Positions 1 to 11,674 of a DNA stretch of 64,000 nt are shown here, piece after piece (position 1 is the first letter of the stretch; the number at the start of each line of letters is the position of its first letter). The translations under genes were made by a program, and so were the position numbers. Source of the DNA: Azolla caroliniana (lineage: Eukaryota > Plantae > Polypodiophyta); assembly GCA_043228905.1 (NCBI GenBank), contig JBHGNT010000010.1, positions 16,926,001 through 16,990,000 on the forward strand. Reading direction: 5' to 3'. The notes beneath the pieces are model-generated. The model was not told the origin of the DNA, ran no database searches, and saw only the letters and a list, made by a program, of their open reading frames with translations.

Positions 1-59
1 TTATATGACATGAAGAGGTTGTCATGATTCTAATATCTTATAGCTCACCATTTTTTTCT

Positions 60-172
60 CTTAAAGGTGGGAGGTTGGTTAGTTGCAACCAAGTGCATGT
101 GGTGGGAATTAAACTCTTGTCCTATAGCTCATAGAGCATGAGTTTAAACCGTTCGCCCAACCTCAGCTCATT
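60..172 (-). mobile_element. Degenerate tRNA-derived SINE-like head
   Basis: Minus strand reads GGTTGGGCGAACGGTTTAAA...GACAAGAGTTTAATTCCCACC: an A-box-like and a degenerate B-box-like motif at tRNA spacing. No clean cloverleaf or TSD is visible. Confidence 0.3.
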
Positions 173-399
173 GGTTTTACAGTTTCTTGACATATTGATC
201 CCTGTTCAATATAAAACAGACTGTAGCCAAAACCATTCTTGGACTTGATTTGGAGTTTTATAATTCTTTCTATCAAGAATCCAATTGTAAAAAACAAAAT
301 CTCAAATTGATTTCAACTTAATACCATCATTCTTCCTCTAATTCTTTAATGGGAGCAGAATGGTGTACCAAAGCTTCTCATAGAACAATGGCATATGCG

Positions 400-1300
400 C
401 AAATATGGTGGTACTAAAATGGTGATTCTTGTCTAAGATAAGTTCATGTATCAATTGAATTTTATTTCGTGTCTACAAGTAAAAACTAACAAAGTGAATA
501 GAATTCTATTTAACCTATCTTTTGGTGATGGTACAAAGAAGGAATAGGACATAACTGTAGAACAAGTTTGGATCTTGAATAGGGCCACATACTCTTCCTT
601 TTATAGCTTCTGTATGTGTGAAAAATAAACATGGAACCAACATTTACAGAAAATAAGATTCGTTACATGTCATGCTCATAGTTTTGAACGTAACTCCTTA
701 TTCTGAGCTTAAATTTCATTATGTTTCTATAGAAAATGGCCAGTACATCCATTCTGATAGATCTTTGGCCATGTATAGTAGCTCAATTTGAAATCCAATT
801 ATCCAAACATTAACATATTTGAATCCTAAAATAATCAATTGGCCCACCATCAATGTATACCTAATCTTAGGTTTGGACCCTAAACTAATCAATAAACTTA
901 TTAGAGTCCTGAGATGGTTTGTTTTCTCAATCTCGTGTCCATGTTTTCTCTTTATTCTCACTCTCTCCATGATTTGGAATTTGGAATTTTTATTGTTTTG
1001 AAAGATTGAAACCCTTGTCCAACAAGAAAACACAGATTTGGGACAAAAGCACAAAAGAGCCCATGCTGTCATATACTACTTTTGTTTGTTCATGTGAGAA
1101 GGTAAAAAAAAACATGCTTGTATATAAAAATAGGAATGATACTATGCTTGGAGCCATGCCTATCATTAACTTGGAAGTAGGTTTGCCATAGCTTAATGGA
1201 TACATATATTCACATTTGTGGGCATATGAGTCAACTATCTCGCTAATGTTCTCTTCATGTTTCTCTATTCCTTGGTATTGGAATATATATAATATTATCG
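400..1300 (-). pseudogene. Highly degraded LINE (L1-like) ORF2 C-terminal remnant
   Basis: Broken minus-strand ORFs 719-1072 and 990-1304 have W/C-containing stretches loosely resembling the zf-RVT region of the better preserved L1 copies in this window. Weak support. Confidence 0.25.
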
Positions 1301-1405
1301 ACAAGCTACCATCCTCTTTGATTGAAACTTCAAATTAACGAATACACATGACATTGCGAAGCAAAATTACATACAATTTAGCTATGGACATATGTTAAAG
1401 ATAAG

Positions 1406-4400
1406 CTAAATAAGGGCAAGTTCCAATATTGAGATTATGTTGGAAACGAGTTCTTGCATTTGATTATGTGAATGGAGAGGATAAGGGAAGACACAATTGA
1501 GATATAGAGCCCCTTGGTGAAAGCAATCAAATATTGCAATGCTTGGCCCCACCCCATGGATAGAAGAGCAACCCACGTACTCAAGCAAACCCAACTCATC
1601 AAAATCTTCTCGCAATTGCTCATCCTTCTTTTCATCTTGAACATTTTGAATATATTCTTCATTATCGAACACGACAAGTGTGGATGTACGCAATGATGAG
1701 AAAGGTGTTAGATGGGGCCTTTGGATGGCCTGACACATGAGTAGGCCCACATCCCCCAAGTCAGTAAAGTGTTTTCTTCGATTTATTGATTCTTCTAGTG
1801 TGGAAGAACACTTCCTTGCTAACTCCCAGAAGTCCATGTCTTCTCCTTGGATATAATATGTGTTCATTATAGATGAATGGTAGAAACCTACAAAATTGTA
1901 TACACGTTTATAAGGAGAGGTTATACCAAATACATTAAGATAAGATACAAGTTTTTTACATATCTCATGCTGCAAAAATCTAGTTCCTTTTGGCAATCCC
2001 TCGGACAATCTCTACATGATTCTCTACAAACTAGGGATATCCCACCTCAAACTTTACTCAGACACTTTGTAAATTACTCTTTGTTAATTCGTGGGTTTTC
2101 AACTCACATCGAGGTTTTTGACTAGTCATAAGTATTACAAAATCAAAAGATACCAAAGTTTGATTACATGACATTATCATCTCAACAACATTTTACACTT
2201 TTGAAATTAGTGCCTTTCAATGGAATCTAATTCTTGTATTAAATAAAAAAAAGCATTTAAATAACATACAACTTACAAGTAAAGTGACTAAACATTTAGA
2301 TTCTAATGATTATGTGCATTAGTCATGAGGTGAAAGTCATTTTCTATTGTGAATATATGTGCACATTCCACCCCACATGATGCCATAACTCTAGGTTGGG
2401 TTCACATGTTTAAACAAAGAAGATGACCGTTCTCCATGTAGATAGTTGAGGTTGTATAACAAAACAAGGTGGCAATAAGTCGCAATCTCACTCTACAGAA
2501 ATCGGTCATGAGACTTTAACTTCTTTAGCACTCAAACATGTTTTGTCGAAAACCCCATCAAGACAGTTTGTGTGTTGTTTCTTAAGGTGTACCAATCATT
2601 TATTGCCACATCAGAAACACAAATCCATCTTGTTCAATCTCATTCAGCCAATATTGTTTTGCCACACACAAAAAAAGGGATTCTATCCTAATGGCTTCAT
2701 TTTTACCGACGATATCTTACGAGATATGGAAACGACTCTACATCGGCAATCACTCAAAAGTTGTGTCTTGGTATACTTGTTAAACCAATGAGGTTTTGCA
2801 AAAGGGTTAGTTAGGGTCTATCTATATGTACATTGGACGGTAACGAGATTTCACGATCACAAAGTGATTAATTACCCTAAGTACATTCGGGACCGAAGAG
2901 ATTTCTCTTTATCACAAAACAACTTGATGTCAGACAATCATTCATCACTTGTGGACTCATATACTTGTTAAAAAGCCCAATGATATTCCATTCACTCACG
3001 ATAACGATTCACGATAACGTGACTCTGTGGTCAGAGACCGGAGTGATTTGCCGAGGTACTCGAAGTTATTCAAGGAAAGAGCTTTTTCTCGACAACATGA
3101 TGATAGTGTGGCGGTACATATTTGGAATCTCTAGTAAATGTGGTTTTCTGAGCATTCATTGGACTAACAACTCTTTAACTTATCCCTGGGCCTAGCCCTA
3201 AACCCTCTTAACCACAAATAATCTAATCCTAGCCCTAGCCCTAGCCCTAGCCCTAGATCTAGTCTTAGTCCTAACCCTAACCCTAACCCTAACCCTAAAC
3301 CTAACCCTAGCCCAAATAACCTTAACTTTTTAACCCTAACTCACTCCAGTTATTCGGTGGAAGAAGTAAAGGCACTCACCCACAGTGGAAGAGGACATGG
3401 GGGGTTGCAAGAGCGAGCGGCAATCTAAGAGCGTGACTACGCCGTGGTGCTCCCCCCGAAACCCTAACCCTAGCTTCTTCACCATCGCCGTCGCTTTCAG
3501 ACCTGCTGCGGTCAAAGCTCCCGCTAGTCTCACCTTGCGATCACCACACACCTGTGTATTATATATATATATGTATGGATGCACCAGAATCTAGCCATTA
3601 GATTGGACATCAAGATCATGGAAAGCACCAACAATTTAGGGTTTCAACATACACCAACATACATACATACATACATACATACCCCCACTAGGTGCATATA
3701 TACAGAGAAAGTAGAGGAGAAGAGGGTAGGGTGCGTTATGCATATACATATGGCCCCAAAGCTTTTGCCTTTCATGGTGGGTGGGGCTGATATCCATGGG
3801 AGCGGTATATTTGTTTTTTGTGCAAATATGGGAAGGAGAAAAACTCAGGAGAAAGAGATGAAAATGCATAATTCTGAGAAATAATAATAAACTTGGCAGG
3901 GAGGATTGATGTTCCAAAGTTAGGGTACTTTTGTTTCTGTTTCAGGGCTGTATGTAAAAAACATTCTACAGTAAGTAAGACAAACGCAGACAGACAGGGT
4001 TTTAGATCTAAAATGCTGGGTGATAAAGTCTCTCACATACAGACATACATACATACATGTACTATACTCGCAATGTTTTGATGATCTCACACACAAATCT
4101 GGAAAATTGGCCACACCACACCAATTTCAATGAATAAATCTATATGTACACAACTACTGTGATGTACCATATTGGTTTCTGTGTTGTCTTCTGCTTTTGG
4201 GTATCTAAAACAAAGGATCTTCTTCATGATTACTACTGATTTGGGCAATCGATTTCGGAACTCTGGCGATGATAATTAAGAATTATACCTGCAATAGTCG
4301 ACCAGCTTGTTGGGCGTTTAGATTCTGACGAATAATCCGGGAGCAAGATCTCCCCTCAGCATTAGGGTTAGGGATGATGGTGTCAGGATTAGTGTTATTA

Positions 4401-5932
4401 GTACTAATTTGGTGTTGGAATGGAAGCATGGCATGGCGCCTTGAGCCCAGAGAGTAACCAAGAATATCTATGCCATGAGCCCAGAAGGGCTTTGAGCACA
4501 TCTCTCTAGAAATGCAATCTTCGATTGGTGCTAGATCATAGTCAACAACATGTGGATCCAATTTCACTACAGCTACTGTATCATCTCCATCGCCATCTAA
4601 TTCTTCTTGGCTCTGAGATGATAAAAGAATGTTCGGCTCCACATGGCTCGATGCATCGAAAGTGTTCATATCGGTATTAGATGCATCAAAACAGTTCACA
4701 TGATTGGTTTTAGATGCATCAAAACAGTTCACATTCTTGGTGTGAGATGCATCAAAACTGTTCACATTGTTGGTATAAGATGCATCAAAACTGCTCACAT
4801 TGTTGGTATTAGATGCATCAAAACTGTTCACATGATTGGTATTATTAGATGCATCAAAACAGATCACATTATTGGTGTGAGATGCTGCATCAAAACTGTT
4901 CACATTGTTGGTATTAGATGCATCAAAACTGTTCACATTGTTGGTATAAGATGCATCAAAACTGCTCACATGTTTGGTATTAGATGCATCAAAACTGTTC
5001 ACATGATTGGTATTAGATGCATCAAAAATGTTCACATGATTGGTATTTGATTTGATGCCCATCGACTGACTTGTTGTACTGGAAAATTTATACTGACCGG
5101 GTTCTTCAACGGAGCTGTTCATATCCATCAATTCTGCGCCCGTAGGCGAGGGAGAATAAGGTTGTGATGCCCTTCTTCTTCTTCTTCTTCTTCTTCTTCT
5201 CAAATTTAGCATGACTTGGATGAAGCTGGTGAGGATAGTTGCGGCCGAGGTGCGATCGCAGATAGCCGTGTGGAGCCTCAGGACAAGCAACGATTCGGTC
5301 GCCCTCCTGCTCGGCCCATCGATAGCACAACCATTATTATTATTATTATTAGCATTATAACTACTACTACTTGTGCCATCATTATAAAGGCTAGCGAACA
5401 TCATAGGTTGCGGATCGAGGCAATCGTGCTTCTCCCGCCACTCGGGGCACTCCATTGAAAGCTCCGATTCCAGAATAGACATCCATGAAGAAGAAGAAGA
5501 AGAAGAAAAAGCATTAGTAGTAGCAATGCCATCATCAACACTAGTGTCAACACCACTATGAGCACCATCACTAGTAGTAGTAGTAGTAGTAGTGGAAGTC
5601 CTAGTAGGAGATGTGTGGTGGATGACTAGCTTGAGGTAGGGGTCCTTGGCCACGGAGAGTGATGGGCGGCCCCGTGTCCAGAGTAGGCGAGACCGGAGAC
5701 GCGGGTGGGCGGCTTGCACGCCCCGGAGCGCCGGCTCGATGAGCGAGATGGGCAGCTTGTCCGCGTTGAACCGGAGAGCCAACACCGTAATGCCGGTGCC
5801 CCCGTCCACCGCCTTGCACCAACAGTACTCCGTCCCGCCCACGGCCCTACTGTAAAGGGCAGAGGAGGACACCTCCATTACCTCCTTCTCCAAGACTAAC
5901 AATCCATTCTCTTGGTCATCCTTCTTCTCCAT
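1406..5932 (-). CDS. Condensation-domain / alcohol acetyltransferase-like protein (plant family of Arabidopsis At3g52610 type), 3 exons, ~765 aa
   Basis: Exons 5932-4289, 3551-3380 and 1887-1406 have GT-AG boundaries and matching phases (total 2298 nt). Family motifs: RAVGGTEYCWCKAVDGGTGITVLAL, LRLHTAICDRTSA (HHxxxDG-like position), KPFWAHGIDILGYSL, VVTLLDCRSLLQP, GFYHSSIMNT, GCSSIHGVGPSIAIFD, YPLHSHNQMQEL. Confidence 0.85.
3191..3340. repeat. Interstitial telomere-like hexamer tract (CCCTAG)n/(CCCTAA)n in intron 2
   Basis: Runs of ccctag and ccctaa are seen directly at 3228-3312, with degenerate flanks. Confidence 0.8.
4650..5050 (-). repeat. Coding minisatellite, ~12 x 33 bp (11-aa unit SNTNHVNSFDA)
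   Basis: Unit tattagatgcatcaaaactgttcacatgattgg is repeated in tandem. Variant units are 30 or 36 nt, so the reading frame of exon 1 is kept. Confidence 0.95.
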
Positions 5933-6003
5933 CTTATGAAGGAAAGATTGGTTGGATATATGTTATGTGTGTGAGCTTAATTTATAATATATATGTATGT
6001 ATG

Positions 6004-6036
<33 letters not shown>

Positions 6037-7090
6037 GTATATATTGGTGAAATGTCCATTAGTAATTCTGATTTCCAATATATTTGGTTCCCATTTATTT
6101 TAATGATGTACACACACACACACACATGTCATGGGTACTATGTGTATGAGCCACTTCCACACATTCTTTTGTCTTCTAAAACTTTGGAGAACCAAGAAGA
6201 AGAAGAAGAAATGATTAGGGGGGGTACAATCTGCACATCCTTCTGTTGTTTATCTTCTTCGAAGAGCTTTCCCGTACAAAAAAGTGTCGCAATGCTATAT
6301 CCCGTCTAAATACATGGATATTCGCCCCTACACATCGCGTATGTGTGGCCAAAGGTTAGGTTTTGATGTGCGGCCTACAATTTCATGGGACATATATGTC
6401 TCAAACATATCAATCTTATTGGGAATGGAACTTTTCTAGATTGGCAAGTCCATTTTGACATTCAAGATTTTTGGTTGAATCGTCCAAAAGCACAAATATA
6501 AGGCATTTTCACAGGCCATGTAATTTTTTTTCTATAACTTTCTATGCCCACATCACATCATAGAAGGATTATGTGTTCCATGATAAAAAAAACTCACAAG
6601 TCACTTAATGTTCTAAAAAGATGATATTTTAACATGTGTCATGACATATTCATTGATCGAGATTATATTATAGTTGTCAATGATGTAACTCTTCTACTTT
6701 TCAAAGTTTGTGCCCTTCCACAATTAAAGCCATCACTCCACATGAACTCTTCAAAATTGATCTCATTTTGTGTATTGGTGAGCATGCCCACAAACATAAG
6801 AAAACTTAGATATTTAAGGACTCTTTTTTTTTTCCCAAAAAAAAGCTATTTTCCCATTAGTTAGGAGAGATTATTACAGAAAGCCTATACAAGGTGGCTT
6901 ATCCATAAATCGGGGAATCACCCTCCGACCGAGTTCAAGAATATGACGACATACATATCCTTTCAAACTGACTACTTAATGTAAGTCAGTACCTATAGCT
7001 ATAAACTAGTGCCCTTCAACCCCATAGAGACTTACTCTTAGTTTTAATGACTTAGAGATGCAACCACTCCATACGTCCGTCGTCAACCCC

Positions 7091-7641
7091 ATAGAGAAGC
7101 ATTAGTGTTAATATGAATATTATTTATGTAGTTTAAGTAAGTACACAATATCAACATATTAGAGAAATGAAACAAGGATATCCTTTTAGCATATGTATTC
7201 ATAGTTTCCAATTTCAATACATACTTCACATTTTCTTTTTTTTCTTTTTTCCTTTTTTTTCCAAAAAAAAAAAACTCCTTCCATTAGCTATAAAATTTTA
7301 CGAATGAGAAGTACAAATCCCTGAAGGGACGCGATAGTTCCATCTTATGTGGATGCCCATTGACTCAAGATGGAACTATCGCGTCCCTTCAGGGATTTGT
7401 ACATAATCGTCTCATTTGTAAAATTTTATAACTAATGGAAGGAGTTTTTTTTTTTGGGAAAAAAAAGAAAAAAAAAGAAAAAGAAAAAGAAAATGTGAAG
7501 TATGTATTGAAATTGGAAACTATGAATACATGTGCTAAAAGGATATCCTTGTTTCATTTCTCTAATATGTTGCTATCGAGTACTTACTTAAACTACATAA
7601 ATAATATTCATATTCACACTTCAACATTAATGCTTCTCTAT
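7091..7641. repeat. Long inverted repeat (fold-back palindrome) containing an L1 3' tip
   Basis: Arms 7091-7346 and 7367-7641 are near-perfect reverse complements around a 20-nt loop. The inner part matches the 3' end of the L1 at 11675-11800. Confidence 0.93.
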
Positions 7642-9158
7642 TGAATGCATATGTTAAAAGGATATGAATGGTGTTTGCACCAAGCACCCATGCTATATAC
7701 ATACTTCACATTTTCTACTAAACACCGAATGCAAACTCCATTCATATCCCTTTAGCATATGTATTCATATGCTTGGTGCAAACTCCATTCATATACTTTT
7801 AGCATATGTATTCATAGTTTCCAATTTCAATACATACTTCACATTTTCTACTAAACATTGAATGCATGTCACATCCTTTTTTGTTAAAGAGCATTTACTC
7901 TATCTTATTCGCATTCAATGAAATAAGTCATATGGTCCTATTGATTCTATAGCTATATGAGGTGAGTCGGTGACTACTAATGGAATGGACGATTACTCAA
8001 AGGGCTCTATTTAAGATATGTTACAACAAAACCTTGGTATGGTTTACGAAGGGGAAGTTGTAAAAGTGTCTTCACTCAATAATGGGCCAAGGCCCAATGT
8101 CACCAGTTATTCCTTACTTTGTCATCCTTGGGTGTTGGAGGGCGCCCTTCATAATACTAGACTTATGCATTGTGAATGGACTCACGAAGTTTGAGAATGG
8201 AATATTGTACCCTCTTCTTTTTTAACTTTACTTCCAAGTGTTTTGTGTTATTGTTCATAGTGGAAAAAGAGATTCTATACAATTTCCTTGATTATCTTCA
8301 TTCCTAAAAGAGCATTTGAAACCATTTTGTAAAAACAAGATATGAATTAAAATATGAAACCATTTTCTGAGACTTCAAGCTTTAAAAACGTCATTTTTGA
8401 CAATTCCTAAACAAAAAAATATCAATCTTTTGCATGCATAACTCTATTTTAATGTATTGGGGAGTCATGACTTTGTGATCATTTTTATAGTAATATCTCA
8501 TGTGAAAACTATTTACATGGTATGCTCAAATTTTAATTATGAGGTAATGCATCACATTAGTGGTGATATGTTTTTCAATTCCTTATGTTTGGAAAAATTA
8601 TAGATGTTAATATTATAATTTATAACGCCATTATGGGCTCCCATCCAAGCCACAAAGTGATTTTTAAGTTGTGCATGATGTCTTGTTTAAGTTAACATGA
8701 TTATGTTTTCATTCCTTGTGTTTGGAAAGAATATCAATGTTGATGTTGTAATACCATTCATAAGGCCAAAATACGTGACATAACTATTTTTCTTAGTGAG
8801 AATTAGGACCACAAGCAATATAAATCCACCTAATATCACATGTTTCTCCAAAATAAAAATCAATAAACGCCTCTAGAAACTAGGTTACTTTCTTGTTATA
8901 GTTTCTATGGTTGATTGATTTGCTCATTCCTCATCTTCTCTACCATGGATCAACTTATTATGTTTATTGTGTCTCTCTGCGAGTTTCCTTTACCCTCAAT
9001 AATCTCATGAACATGCCATGCTTTGCGAGTTTCCTTTGTAAATTAAGATGCACAACGATAAACATCTCCTAGATAGACAAAGAAACGTCTTGTCTTGTTT
9101 CTGGAGCAAAGAAAATGTGCATATGCAAGGTCTCTAACTTCAATTTTGAAGAGTTTTT

Positions 9159-10163
9159 TTTAATTTTTTATATAAGATTTTCTTCAATAGTATTAAGAAC
9201 AAAACGCCCGAAGGCTACAACTTAAACCTAGTAACCAAGAAGGTTACAACTTTCTTTATACACTGATATAAAATACGAGGATGTTTACATTTGTGATATT
9301 CAAAGAGTCCATGGAAGTCGATATTGCCATTGAGGCTCTTGAGCTACCATTGTAAACAGGGGCACCTTTTAAGTGAAGAAACTTTTTCCTTTTCTTGATC
9401 TATCAATAAAACGTAAATTATTGTATCGGGATGCCCAACAATTGTCTTTTGTGGGTCGCGTTGTAGTAGCAAATACAGTACTATTGGCATCAAAGTGGTT
9501 TATAGCATCTGTGTGGCTATTTTCTAGATCAGCAATGACAAAAGTGCAAAGCTTGATCCGGAATTTCCTTTGGGGGGGAAAACATGGCTCTCCTACAGTA
9601 GCCAAAGTTGCGTGGAATGTGTTGATTCAACCTAAAATTAATGGAGGGTTGGGTTTGATAGATCCTTTGATGCATTCAAGAGCTCTCTTGACTAAGTTTG
9701 TTATCAGAGGCTTGTTGCCAGGATCAGAAGCTTGGAAAGGAATGTTTTTAAATCAGTTAATGCAATTAACTCCTAAGACATGAGGAGTATGGTCACCCTC
9801 TTTAAAGTGGTTGTTCTTGAATGACATGAAAACACCAAGGACAAATCTTGCATCCAATAGATTTTTGCTAGGAATCATAAGAGCGTGGGATGCAAATTAA
9901 ATCATTTTTGCTAAAGGACAAACCTTCTACCTGGGATGCATTACTTAATCAACCTATGCTTGCCAATTCTCTATTTCGGGATAATGCAAGAACAGTATTG
10001 GGCCTGCGTCCTCACCTTGCTTGGGGTAAATTGGATAATGGGCCAGCTGCATCTGTAAGAACGTGGACTCAATTTCAACAAATGTCACAAGAAGGTCGAC
10101 TTGTACATCTACATTCAGTTCATGGTGCCAAGATAATGACGACTACCTTATCAGTAACATATT
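9159..10163 (-). mobile_element. 5'-truncated L1-clade LINE with inverted 5' segment, 21-bp TSD
   Basis: TSD cttcaattttgaagagttttt at 9138-9158 and 10164-10184. The T-rich tail and ORF2 C-terminus (VPLFTMVAQEPQWQYRLPWTL*) are on the minus strand at 9159-9366. An internal ORF2 segment (LSFVGRVVVANTVL, IRNFLWGG, AKVAW...PKINGGLGLID) is on the plus strand at 9370-10160. Confidence 0.85.
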
Positions 10164-10265
10164 CTTCAATTTTGAAGAGTTTTTATTATGGACATAACAT
10201 CAAATCCATGCCAAAATATAAGGTTTAACATTTATATCCAAGGTCTTGAGATTATTAGTGTAATT

Positions 10266-10656
10266 TTATTTTATTTTATATTTATTTTTTATACTACTTT
10301 AGTATTTTTTATCTTTTGGCTCGCCCGAAGGCTACAACTCACACGAAGTCATGTTTTATTAGCAATACATAGTCATCAGGGGGTGTACCGAATGGTACGA
10401 GTGGGATACATGCACAGGATGACCTCTAGGATATGATGAGACTCGCACCACGTTCCATCATGCAACTTGTAGACAGGGTACATTTTACCTTCTTCATCGT
10501 CGAAACCATCATTGTTGTCACCACTTCGTTGTCGTCACTTACGGGGCACAAACCACCCTTCATTGTCACCATTTGCGTCGTCGCCACTATCTTCGTTGTC
10601 GTCACTTACGGGCACAAATCGCCCTTTTTTAGGTACCACATGTATGTTGTTGCAGG
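10266..10656 (-). mobile_element. Short non-LTR retro-insertion (SINE-like/passenger) with 18-bp TSD
   Basis: TSD gagattattagtgtaatt at 10248-10265 and 10657-10674. A-rich tail on the minus strand. Shares the motif cgcccgaaggctacaact with the L1 3' end at 9205-9222. Confidence 0.75.
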
Positions 10657-11674
10657 GAGATTATTAGTGTAATTATTAGTGTAATTATTTTTTATTATTT
10701 GAGTTAACTAAAATTTGATAAGTACTATAGTGCACTCTAGTTCTCAAATATAATAAGGCATGTTTATATGTGATTACCACATTATTAATTGCATTGCACA
10801 TATATAAGTTATAGTGTATGTATCCAACTCATTAATATTGATGATATATCGTAGATCCTACAAGCTATGCGAATAGCGCAAGTTGCTGGTTTACAAGCAA
10901 TAAACTTACAAGTTGCATATGTCTTGGGTTTATGACCATGTACTCAAGATTAATTGAGGTGGAAAGACATAGGGTAATCATGACCATGTCTTATGTGTTT
11001 CTTGCGAAAAAATCGATGTATTGTTGTCCTCTTAGTTGGAATATATAATTTACAAGGTCACAATTTCGATTTTGCTTGGTATTGTTGTAATCTTAGTTGG
11101 AATATATATTTAGACTTTGTCATTACCACATTGATCTTCCACAACATGTATTACTTGTCATAAGTAACTATAGTTGAGGATACTAATACGAACCATATCA
11201 TTTTTGCTGAGGTTCCACACATGCATAATAATATTGGTGAAGTAAGTTTGAGGCCACCTCATGACACAATGAAAATAGTGTTTTTTAACTGGTATAGAAA
11301 CAATGGTACCGATTGCAAACAAAAGTGATGGGCTCTCGCATGTGTGCTTAGTGTATTTTGTCCATTCAAAGAAGATGGTTCTATAGTTTGGTGTAGTTAG
11401 GTGCAACACATGTAGTGTAATGTGGCTTCCACGTCTCTCCCATGTTGTGTTACATCAACATTAAAAAGCAACCTCATTCATTAAGGAATCTATTCAAAGA
11501 ATATTGAAGTAAGTGTAATATAACCCGTCTTCAATATATTTTCACTCTCTTTTGCCTATTCCAAGATGTGTGATATACCTACCACCAATCATTCTAAGGT
11601 GATTTGGGTTTCTTTATCTTTATCACAAGTGAACCCATGTTGTGCATTTTTTTTAAGCATTCATTATACTTGTT

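Noticed and set aside
1888-2008. N-terminal part of ORF 1406-2008 as an independent gene
   Set aside because: It is intronic. The acceptor before 1887 joins exon 2 in phase.
3191-3340. True chromosome end
   Set aside because: The tract is short, degenerate and inside an intron of an intact gene.
4650-5050. CRISPR-like array (regular palindromic GATGCATC repeats)
   Set aside because: There are no unique spacers and the whole 33-bp unit repeats. It is in frame in a eukaryotic exon, and no cas genes are present.
4643-5050. Plus-strand 135-aa ORF (RCIKTVHIVGI repeats)
   Set aside because: It is the antisense shadow of the coding minisatellite.
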